Source: Paragordius varius | Lineage: Eukaryota > Animalia > Nematomorpha | Direction: 5' to 3' | DNA length: 64,000 bases | NCBI GenBank assembly: GCA_964247055.1 | Contig: OZ176053.1 | Location: 7,192,001-7,256,000 of the forward strand | In this document: positions 1 to 11,900 of the stretch, piece by piece | Layout: each line of letters starts with the position of its first letter | Numbering within the stretch: the first letter of the stretch is position 1 | Program-made: the position numbers and the translations under genes | The notes under the pieces: model-generated | Databases searched by the model: none | Seen by the model: the letters and a program-made list of their open reading frames with translations, nothing else | What the model was told of the DNA's origin: nothing

Positions 1-589
1 ATGTTATGGTCAGATATTTTCGTTAAATAAGATTTCATAGTCATTTTTGTTTCTTTCTGGATTTTTAGTGTCCTATTTGCGTAACCGCTGAGTTTGAGCA
101 GTGATATTTGATGAAAACAAGGCATATTAAAAAAACCTATCTTGTTAGAGATGGAATGATTTTGGGGATTTAAATAGGTTTTAAAATTGAATATGATTTA
201 AATAAAGATGCAATTATGAATTATAAGAATAAGAGATAAGGTTTTGAACAGAGAAAGAAGTTAAAATAATTTAATGAAAGGCAATAAAAGAATTAACAAT
301 ATGTGCCTGATAAAGAATCGTTTTTTAAGCGAAAAAATAAGTTTGCACATGTTGAAGGGAATACCTCCATGGAAGTTGTTTTTTGCATAATGCTTGCTCT
401 TGATCTCATTTATATAATTTCATTATATTATGGATAATTACGTAAATTGCTGAAAAATCTTACTTGAAAGTTGTTATTATTTATGCAAAAATAAAACTAT
501 TTAGGCGCCCCTAAGAACGGTGTCCAGGGCATGATGCACCCCCTTGCCCACCTCGGTATGCCCCTGCTAATGAATTAGGATTCCAACTA

Positions 590-760
590 ATGACAGGCAA
601 GGTCGAATGATCCAGGAGTGGACGCTGCAAGATGCGCTGGATCAAAAACCTAACTAAAGAAACCAATCTCTTTTTACAACAGCCAACAGCACTCGCTTAC
701 AATCGGATAAACTGGAGAAAATATACCTTCGAAAAAGCAATAAATCGACAACGATTTTTG
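590..760 (+). mobile_element. Degenerate 3' fragment of an RTE-like LINE
   Basis: Translates as GKVE*SRSGRCKMRWIKNL, resembling the G.R.RGR...RW motif at the end of RTE ORFs; contains a stop. Confidence 0.45.
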
Positions 761-936
761 TTATAGTAATAGCTTAACCTAATCGAAAATTTTATAAAAT
801 ATGAAAAAATTGTTTTTTAAAAGAATAATATAAGTATTAGAGCTGCAAGTAATGCGAATACATATAATTTAAATTTTTATATTATTTTGGCAATTTTACG
901 GTGGCAGATAAACATGTGTAAATTTAAATTTTACAG

Positions 937-2923
937 ATGACTGAAAGTAATGATTTGGATAAACAAATTCGAGAGCTCTTAGTAAATGTGGAATTGAATA
1001 AATTTGATAAAGACACAAAATTTCACACTGTACAAAAAATTCTTGAATGCTTTGATAAAGAAATTGATTATGAAGATTTACCTAAGAATATTATAGTTAC
1101 CAACATTCCTGAGAATGTTTTTTCTGACTCTCAGATTAAAGTAAATGATGATTAATTTAAGAAACAATTCGAAAATATATTTGACGCGACACTCATAAGG
1201 AATATTATTTATTTTCCAAGCTTTAGACGTGTCCGTGTTGATTTTGATTCCCCACGGTATTCTACATTTTATCGGATATACTTGAATGAAGCTGATTTCA
1301 AGGGATCTATCATAAAAGCTTTCTATATACAAGTTTGTTTTAATTTATTTTATTACAATTTTCTCAATATTTACCAGGATCCGATCAAAATATCTACTGA
1401 AAATTTTTTAAAAATTCCTCCACCATTCAAGAACTTTTTAATATCACCGCCCAGCTCTCCACCCGAGGGTTGGGAACAAACCGCCGAATCTCAACCAGTT
1501 ATAAATTACGATCTTATATCGGCATTGGCTCAACTTACACCTGGTATTTTGTAGAATTGATGTTTTAAATAAAATATGGGTTTTAAAAGTCTACCTTATT
1601 TATATTTAATAATTACTAATTTCGCTCCTTTTAATCATTAAATATGCATAAATTACTAGGAATTAACCATCCTATATATTGTAATTATTATAATTAAAAT
1701 TTTTAACAAAAAATAATATTTAATAGGTTAATATTAAATATTAATTTAAATTTATAAGTTAAAATTTTTTAATTATTTTTATGAATGGATATTTTTATTT
1801 TTAATTATTGTTATTATTATGAGTATGCAGACAAATTAATTTGCTTTCTGTCTGTCTAGTTTATGATTTACACTTAAAAATATGTGTTTTAAAATTTTAC
1901 TCTCTTAATTTGTAAATTTATATTTATTAGACTTTTCAAAAAGATATATTATTGTATATTAATTAATTTCTAGGAATAAAAATTTGGTATTATTTTTTTA
2001 AATAAAAGTTCATTATTATATTAACGTATTCAATATCGCATTAATATATATTTATAACTATGAAATTGTTGACTAAAATTTTATCTAAATCCGTTATGAA
2101 AACAGAAATTACATTTTTTTATAAATCTTCAATTGATTTTAAATCTTATTCAATTCATAAAATTAATTAATGTATTAATTAATTTTTTCTGAATTTATTA
2201 TGTTTTTAAAATCATACATCTCATATTCGCGAAGAAGCAAACCCATCAAATATTATGTTGACATACAAAATTTATTGATTATATTCATCGACGCGGTCAT
2301 CAACCCATGAATTAATAACTTTTAAGTGGTTAATAACTAAAAAATGGATTATTGATATAAAATATTTATTTTTTATGCAAAAAAGGACAATCCCACGAAC
2401 TCCACCCCGAATCCGAAACGACGCCCAAAATTGTAGTTCATATTGCCGAGGAGTCATATGATTCAGATGACCAAAATGCTTATGAAAATGATGAATTATT
2501 CACAGATGTGTATTCTTCTGAACAAGGTTCTAGTAACAACATTAAACAGTCTGGTATAAAATCATTTTTTTATAAAACACTTTGAACAAAGACATTTCGT
2601 CAATTAGATTTGTGAAACAATAGGATTAACATTTTAATGGAAAAACCATATTATTGCAAGTTTTGACAAATGTGATACCTATCATAAATTTTTAGATCCG
2701 TTTTCACATGGGGTCTCTTAGTTGTGATTTAAGTGTAATATCATTTTTTTATTTGGCATATATTGCCCTTTTATAGTGTTTCGAATATAATTATTTTTTA
2801 TTTAAATTTTGCATATTAGATCGTTCACGCGAAAAAAATAAAAAGTTGTGTGATGCTCTACCGCCTGGTGCAATACATACACCTAGACCACCCTTTAAAC
2901 CACAAAATACACCCAATTTGTGA
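937..2923 (+). CDS. RCAN: Calcipressin / regulator of calcineurin (RCAN, Sarah-like), 5 coding exons
   Basis: Exons 937-1140, 1162-1332, 1378-1543, 2386-2553, 2820-2923, all GT-AG and phase-consistent. RRM-like SFRRVRVDF, signature FLISPPSSPPEGW, PxIxIT-like PKIVVH and C-terminal HTPRPP. Confidence 0.92.
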
Positions 2924-4020
2924 CAAAATAAAATCAATTATTTTATCAAGAAAATGGGGTGTATTTTGGAGTAATTTGCACATTTTAGATTGCATCAATT
3001 GATACCTAACTATACTACCTATTAACTAAATCCCACATATATTAAAATTAATATACTTCTATGGAGCTCATCATTTTAATCTTAAATGTTTATTGAATTT
3101 TAATTTGAAAGCTTACAAAGCACAATATATAAATAAAAAATATGCAGATTATAACACTATAACCAAAAACTAAAAATCTCGTTTTTACAATTATTTATAA
3201 CTCTTTTATAAACTTTACACATAATAAAAATTATCATATTATTTTAATAAATTATTTTATCAATCATTGACAATTAGTAAGGTTGTTGATAAATTGGAAG
3301 AACAAATATATATTATTATACAATTAAGACAGAGTTTTGTTTTTACATTAAAAAATATAATTTTATTAATCTAATATATAAATTAATCTAAGTTTCACCA
3401 AAACAAGTTGTCCTCCTTAAAAAATATTTTTTTCTTTTAATAATTTTTTGTTAATTTTTACCTTGTTTCACTCGTTTTGTTCGTACAATTACAAAAACCA
3501 GGTCGCGCGTATGTTAAACGTAAAAAGCGTCAATTAAATTAATGGAAAAATGGTGGGAAAAGGTTCTACGAAAAGGATATATTTTCCATTATAAACCAAA
3601 CTAATAAAATTTTTGATATTATTCTATTGTAAAATTTGATTATAATATGTTTCAAGCGGCATCATAAAACAGATCATGTATGACCCTGCCTGTGTAAATG
3701 TCTTATTGTTATTGATCTGTTAATTGAATTATTTTTATTTTAGTGTTTTCACCTACCTTTGTGTTGTGTCATTTTTTATTACACACAAAAGGAAAATCAC
3801 TTCCTTAATGTAATATCGTTGCGCAATTTATTTTTACCTGTATAATAAAAATATATAATTTAAATTTTTTTCTCTTTTTTTTTAAAAAAAAATTAAACAT
3901 TAAATATTTTGATAAAACAAGGAAAAATTCTTTATAAAATTATCTGTCAAAATTTATGGAAATATTTATGACAGGAGTAATCGAGTGATATGGGGTGTTG
4001 AGGATCATTAGTGTAGATTT

Positions 4021-4320
4021 AAATGGGTTTAGCTCGCCCATCAAACTCGACTCTTAGCTTTCTCATAAATAAGTTTTCCATTCGAGACGATCTTGCGACT
4101 TTCGAAATATTTTAGTGATAAGGGTAGTAACTTATTTAATAATATTGAGAAACCGCTTGTAGACTCAAAAAAACCGCCCTAAAAAACGGTGATATTATTA
4201 AATCAGTTACTAACCTTATCCTCTCACAAATAATTCGAAAGTCACAAGATCTTCTAGAATGGTACACTTATTTATGAGAAAGATAAGAGTCGCTACGCGA
4301 TTAGCTTCTAAACACCATTT
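4021..4320. repeat. About 300-bp foldback (long imperfect inverted repeat, MITE-like)
   Basis: Arm gactcttagctttctcataaataag...cttgcgactttcgaa pairs with ttcgaaagtcacaag...cttatttatgagaaagataagagtc. Confidence 0.75.
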
Positions 4321-4723
4321 ATGACAAAATGTATTTGTTCCATTTAAGTTTGTTGGTTAATAAAGATATTTTATAAAAACAAAAGAATATATTTACCGTA
4401 TTGAATTCCTATTAATTATCAATTGTTGCTAATCTGATTTTAAATTTAAGCTAAATAATGACAAAGCATTAATTACATAATTATAGATTATACTTGAAAA
4501 TTATATAATTAATATAAGTCATTTAAATATACTTCATAGCTTTTGCTACAAAGTAATTTCTAAAAATTCTCAATAAACTTGGGAAAGTTTTTGTAATCAA
4601 AAATATTCCAAAAATAACGCAAAGGTAACCAATAATTTATTCACTAATATCAAATCAATGGAATTACAAATTTAATTAACGCAATGTTAGTAGTTAAAAA
4701 TGCTAAAAAGAAAGCTAAGTATA

Positions 4724-7700
4724 TCATTTTTTTACAGTAAGTGCTTTTGCATATAGCTCATCAATAAATTTCCAATTCGCCTTATCCCATATGGCCTTAA
4801 CATAGTCTGGTCGAACGTTTTTGTATTGCAAATAATAGGCATGTTCCCAAACATCTATCCCAAACAATGGTATCAAACCTAAATTTTTATATGGTATTTA
4901 TATAATAAAAAGTAAAACAAAACAAAAATTATTAAAATCTTTAACATATTATTGCTGGTTAAATGGCAATCATTCAGTACTGTAGGTACAAATAATTGAA
5001 ATTAAATAATTATTCCTATCATACAACATAAAAGTTTATTTGATTATGGACAAAATATTATATCATACGCTATTGTATTACCAATGAACCAAATATAATG
5101 TGAATTGGCCAGCATAAATGTGCATACTATTATATGTAAGAGAAATTGTAATAATGTCAAAAAGTTAAATTGTTAAAACTTAAGATTTATATATGAATAA
5201 TTGATTAACATATTTTATGGCGAAAACTTAATGCTTGTACAAAAATCAAAAAGAATATGGCAAAAAAGAGACGATCCTAATTAAAATATTTTATAGATAT
5301 AACTTCCAAAAAAGATTTAAAAAGCCATAATATTTTTGGAACCCCTGCGTTTACGCCAGGGTTTATAACCGCATCATAACGCTATTAAAAGTTAAAAAAA
5401 TTTTCTATCAATAGCATGAAATATGATGAAATTATTTTAAAGAAATTACAAATTAAAATTTGGATTTTAATTGCTTAAAAAACAATATACAAGCAGTTTT
5501 GGCGGTTTTCTATAAGGATTTGAAACTTATTTAAAAAATGGGAAAATTCCATGAATACATGAAGTAATCGCGTTTAAGCACTTATTTTAGGGAAGAAAAT
5601 AATTTTAAGTACCTTTAAGACATAATAGCATAAATATAAATATCAGGGCTTGGAAATCGAGGCTAAATTTGGAACGGTTCCCAAACAGTTTTTAAAATTT
5701 CAAAACTTTTCCGGTTCTAGTTCTCGCATTTTTTTTCGGTTTCAGAACCGGAGAAGAATAAAGCCGGTTTTTAAAATGGTTTCTATCATTTATCCAAATA
5801 TCTGATAGTTAATTTAAAAACAAACACATAGCACCTAAATTAATTAAATTAGATAAAATCAACATATTGGATAAGTGTAGATTAAGTATTTAGATATTAG
5901 TATGTCTATAAAATTCAATAAAAATTAAATCATATCATGTTTGTTCAATTTTAAAAAATGATGACTTTCAGATGTGACAATAATGATCTAAGATTCGAGA
6001 AAATAAATTTTAAAGTTATAAAAGATCTTTCCATATTGATATTAATATATAAAAACTTGTGCCCGTATTCCCAAAATTATTCTTGAAAGGTTATATAATT
6101 CTCGATTTTTAAGCTTTAAATCTTCCCATTCCAAAGTTTTTATGGAGGTGGGTACAAATGAAGTTTTATCAAAATCAAATATTAATCCTTTATCACTTTG
6201 TTATTGTCTAATTATTCATTTTTATTCATTACATACGATAAAAATCACCGACTTCCATTAAATTTGCATGACTCCACTTGACGTAATACGTTTACATGGA
6301 ATAGGTTATTTCTTGCAGTGCATTTTTCCTCGTGTGAAAGTGCCCCTTTAAAACGAGGATCCAAATACATTGCAGGAAAAAGCATTAAATTTTGTGATAT
6401 TGCTGCTCTCTATTGTGCAAAGATTCCATTGTACAATTATTCAATTGATCTAACTCAAACAATAACCTCCAGATATCAAAAAAATCTGAAAGAGTAATTT
6501 GCTCGATGTATTTTAAATTATTATATAAGAGTGTAACAATACTCAAAACTTTGCCATAATAAATTCAAAAACTTGGTATCTAATACAGAACCGGTTCCAA
6601 AACGGTTCTTAAAATTTTAACTGGTTCCAGTTTTTTACATTTTTTTCGGTTCCAGAACCGCCTTTTTAAAAATTGGAACTGTTTCAAAGACTGTATTAAA
6701 AATTCTAACACCGTTCCGCCCGTTCTCATTGTGGAACAACGGTTCTGTCAAAGAAGTTTCAAGCCCTAATAAATAACATATCTTTTCAATCATTCTAAAA
6801 TGATAAAACTTGAACACACTGTATTTCAACCCAAATTACATATTTCCAAAATATATTAATTGACCTTAAAAATTTAATGCAATATTTAATATCTTTTAAA
6901 TGTAGTAGCAAATACCATGTGTAGCCTGTAACGGATCCTGATTAGGACATGTGGCAATCTGCAAATGATGCGTCATTGGATTAAAACCTAACCAAGCCCA
7001 CCCAGACCCTTGAACACCGACTGCGGCCGTACTCATGTGTTGTTTCAATTTATCAAACGTACCAAAATCGTGTTTTATGGCATCCATCAATTTTCCTAAG
7101 ATCAAAAACAAAATTTCATTTTAGGCTAAAGATTTGTGATTAAGCATAACTAACAAAAAGATGTTATTTGAGTCATAATTTTGATAGGATAATAATAATA
7201 ATATATTTTTTATATGATATTCTACAGCCAAAAGAAATAAAAAAATAATCGGGACTATGCAGTAAAACTATTTTTTTTGTATTTGAATATAACCTTTTGG
7301 TTCACCGCCCCCGTTTGGCGATAACACTTTCCAAAAAATGGAATGATTGATGTGACCTCCACCATTGAATCGCAAAGCTGGTCCTTGAGCAATCATGGCT
7401 GATAAATCATCTAAACCAACCAAACATATTATATTTAGGGAAAAAAACATAAAATTGGAATCAAAAAAACTTATTTTAAGAGATATTTGTGCGATTATGA
7501 TTAAATTACCTACCGTTTTACATAATGTTATAAGTTTAACCCCGTTTGTACAATAACTTTTTATTTTAGACAACTTATTACTAAAAATTGATATGCGTAT
7601 ATTATCTATATTTACAAAAAACAACCAAAAATGGATGGTTTATAAAAAAAATACTTGAATATTAAATGATTAAACAAGTTAATACGGGGTCTTATAAAGC

Positions 7701-8885
7701 TGTAATAACAAAATAAAATGGTTACATTTAAATATCATATCCCATGATGCAATCACCATAACTCTTGTAAAATGTGTTTTAATTACATTAAGTTCTAAAT
7801 AATTGTTGTCGACTGATTTTCCACCATTTATCCAATACAAACTACTTAAAACTTTATTAATACTGTATCTCAATCCCAGAATGTAATAAAAAACTATGGC
7901 GAAAGACGGAAAGATAAACATATACTGTATTTCATAAATTCGCAATGAAATTATCGATATTTGATTGGACTTAAAGATGCATAAATGAGGGGTGTCTAAC
8001 ACGGTGCGCGGGCGGCATCGGTCCTCCCCCTTTAAAAAATTCGAAAAACCAACTTAACACTTTATTGTAGAATTTTAGAAAATATTTTAAGAAAATTAAA
8101 AAATTATATCATTTACTTTAAACGAAAAGATAACTAGATTTAAATTTGTTAAACTTTTTTTATTTTAAATATGTAGGCAAATCTGAATAAACAAATTTTG
8201 CCAAAGAAATGAAAACGTGGCTGTAAATTTTTATGACAATCTTATATTATATAATAAAATATAATGTGTTATATTTTTTTAATGTGGCCCGCTGAATTTT
8301 TCGAGTTGAAAATGGGGACCTTGAAGAAATTTGTGATGGACATCTTGAGTTCAAATTATTCAAAAATACAATTTAAGGGGCAAAAATCACCTATATCTGA
8401 AAAAAAATACAAAAAATCAGTGTCACTAATTGGGCGATTATGTATAAATAAGGTATGTTTATGTTAAAAATAGGCGTCAAAATATATGCAATAGTGTAAG
8501 ACAACTATTTTAATACTAATGTAATTGTCTGGTATATTTTGGCTTAAAAATTATAGCCATAAATATTGGCAGTATACGTTTACAATCAATATAAAAACAT
8601 ATAATTAGAATAATTATTTGGCATCTAAGAGTTTTAAATAATGTAAATATAAAGTACTTTTGGATTTAGCCTCCAAAAACTTTTCTTCGGCCGCATTTAG
8701 GTTATTCACGTAAGCTGCATGGTGTTTCTGGTGATGCAACTTCATAATTTCACCAGATATAGTTGGTTCCAAAGCATTGAAATCGTACGGTAAATCCGGT
8801 AAAGTGTGCTTAGAAACAATAAAGTATCTAAATAACTATATAAATCAAACCTAATCAAATTTGTTGATTTATTCTTCAACAGCAT
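4724..8885 (-). CDS. SOD2: Mitochondrial Mn superoxide dismutase, 5 exons
   Basis: Exons 8885-8851, 8827-8658, 7410-7294, 7095-6916, 4878-4724. Motifs [66 protein letters not shown]. Confidence 0.97.
5644..6768 (-). mobile_element. Internally deleted hAT element in the last SOD2 intron
   Basis: Termini CAGGGCTTG...CAAGCCCTA; 8-bp TSD ataaatat/ataaataa (7/8); many subterminal GAACCG/CGGTTC motifs; minus-strand remnant [10 protein letters not shown] near 6340-6390. Confidence 0.8.
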
Positions 8886-8969
8886 TATTGGGTTATTTAA
8901 ATTTACAGCATATGATATATTTTATCAGCAGTACTTTACCATATTTCAATCGTCCCAAACCTTCCACGC
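8886..8969. promoter_or_regulatory. 84-nt interval between divergent SOD2 and COPB2 start codons (putative bidirectional promoter / overlapping 5' UTRs)
   Basis: SOD2 ATG at 8885 (-); COPB2 ATG at 8970 (+). Confidence 0.7.
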
Positions 8970-11900
8970 ATGGTATTAAATTTTTGCTTTTTAATTTTTT
9001 TTTTACATTTTTAAATTATATTATGTATTTAAAAATTAGCCCTTAAGATTAGATATTAAACGGAAGCTAACATCTCGTTCGGATAGAGTGAAATGTATCG
9101 ATCTTCATTCTACCGAACCATGGATGATGGCAAGTTTATACAGTGGACAGGTTCATATTTGGAACTATGAGAACCAGGTTTTCAATATCCTTTGCTTAAA
9201 TATATTTATATTAATAAGAAACAAAAAATAGGGCAAACCATATTTAAACATCCCGAAAATTATTGTTTTTAATATATATTTTGTTTTTTGGATACAAGCA
9301 TTTTAAAGGGTTTTACTGATCACTACGCTTTTAAGTAATAATCATTATAGCTGCAAATAAAATTATTTTTCACCTGTGCTATTACGAAAAATCTCTCTTT
9401 AAACGTTTATAAATTAAAATACAAACTAAATTCGGTTAAACAATATATTTATATTTATTGAACATATACAACTTCACAACAAAGCAATTGATTAAAACGT
9501 TTGAAATCTGTGAGTTACCTGTACGCGTTGCCAAATTCATTTCCAGAAAAAATTGGATAGTTTGCGGTGCTGTAAGTTATTTTACATAATTTACATATTT
9601 GTTATTAAAATATAAAATTACAAATCACGATTAAACCATTTTTTGCTATTTGCAGGATGATATGAACATTAGAGTTTACAATTACAATACGCTCGAAAGA
9701 ATTCACATGTTTGAAGCGCATAGCGATTATGTCAGATCTATCGCCGTACACCCTACCCTTTCTTACATCCTTAGTTGTAGTGGTAAAATTTCTAATATAT
9801 ACATATAATATTATAACACTGGGTATAAGTTTTATATTCCGCGTCATGACCTAACAAACAACAATAAAAAAATTATTAAAAAAATTTTTTCAATTATTAA
9901 TTTTCGTATATTGTTTTAGCTTATAATGCTAAATGAAAATATTCACAAATTAATTGATTTATCCAATTTTTAAGGGTTAAATATATCGAATATTATTTAA
10001 ATTTTAGAAAACAGACTTAGATATTGCTCTGATATAGAATATATCATAATTCGTTTTAGTTATCAAATCTAATCTAAAACTTGTGAAAAGCTTATATCAA
10101 AAAAGACAATATGTACTGTTTTTTTTCAAGATGATATGACCATTAAACTTTGGGATTGGGACAAAAAATGGACATGTTCTCAAGTGTTTGAAGGCCACTC
10201 CCATTACGTTATGCAGATTGTGTTTAATCCCAAAGATAGTAATATTTTTGCCAGTGCCTCGCTTGACCGCACCGTTAAGGTTTTTTAGTTATACATTTAA
10301 TAATTTATAAAAAAAGCATTTTATTAGTATTTAAATATATTCTTTTTACAGAGGTTTTTACCATAAAGTTTCCATTTTGGGTGCCATTTACTTTATATAT
10401 ATATAAACTTTTTAACCTTGCAAATAATTATTTTGAATAATTAATTTTTACATACAATAGGTATGGCAATTAGGCTCAACCGTACCTAACTTTACCCTAG
10501 AAGGGCACGAGAAGGGTGTCAATTGTGTTGATTATTATCCCGGAGGAGAAAAACCTTATCTCATTTCTGGTGCCGATGACCGAACCGTTAAAATTTGGGA
10601 TTATCAAGTAATTAATTTTAACTTTTTGTAGAATTAAAATTTATCATATTTATTGGAAAATAACGAGTTATTGATATAGTAATAAATGATATTTTTATTT
10701 TATCCCATAGAATAAAACATGTGTCCAAACACTTGAAGGCCACGCACAAAATATATCGTGTGTCTTGTTTCATGTCGATTTACCCATTATTTTAACCGGG
10801 TCTGAAGACGGTAACAAATATAATTTCAGTTAATATATGTGTTAATATTTTTTTTCGCTAATATCTATATGGAAAAATTTATACACATTTTTTTTAAAAA
10901 AAATTGCCAAATCTCATAGTTATAAAATTTTTTTATCATTGCTAAAGATTATATTTCTATTTAAATTCATAATTTATTCTATTAATTACATTTTTTAATG
11001 TCCTTTATTCATAATAATAGGTACTGTAAAGATTTGGCATTCCACGACATACAGATTGGAAAACACGCTAAATTATGGTATGGAACGAGTTTGGACCATC
11101 GCATGTCAAAAGGGCTCAAATGCATTAGCCCTGGGCTATGATGATGGGAGTGTCTTGCTCAAAGTATAGAAATTAAATAAAATTCTTTTTTTGTTAAAAA
11201 TAATTAAAACATAAAAAGTTTTTTGATTCCTGATAATTTTTTATAATAACCTGTCTTACAAATAAAAAATTTTTATCTTGCATATTCACATTAATCTTTT
11301 TTCCGCAAAAAGGATAGATCACATTACAAAAGGTTTAAAACGAATTTTTTGAAAATATGTTAACATCTCTCCATCATTCTTTTATTAAATAGTTGATGGC
11401 GCTTTTTTATTATCGCAGAGTAATAATAATAATAATAATACATATCGTATAACATACATGATAGCCAAATCAATATTTAAAATGTTTATAAAATTAATTA
11501 TCTACTATACTGAAAACTAAAAATCTTTGAGCGCGGTATAGAGTGGTTTAGTAATCGAAAATATATTCTAAGCGTGTGAGTACGATGGAATATTTTTCAA
11601 CATGATTTCCAGCCCTGGGCAAGCTATTAAAGTTTTTATAAGTCCACAAACAATATTAGCCTCATAATGTGGAAAAAAATATATGAGTTTTACCCGCATC
11701 ATGAACCCTTAAATATAAAAAATTATTTTAATTAGATTACTTAATATTATATGTTAAATTATTGACGGATATTTAAATGAAAATTGTTTTTTTTTACTTT
11801 TGGTTCGTTATTAGGGTTGTATAATACAATGAGAGGTTATTATCAACTTAAACACCGTCATAACTAAAAATTAAAACCTTAGTTGAAACAAAAATTATAA

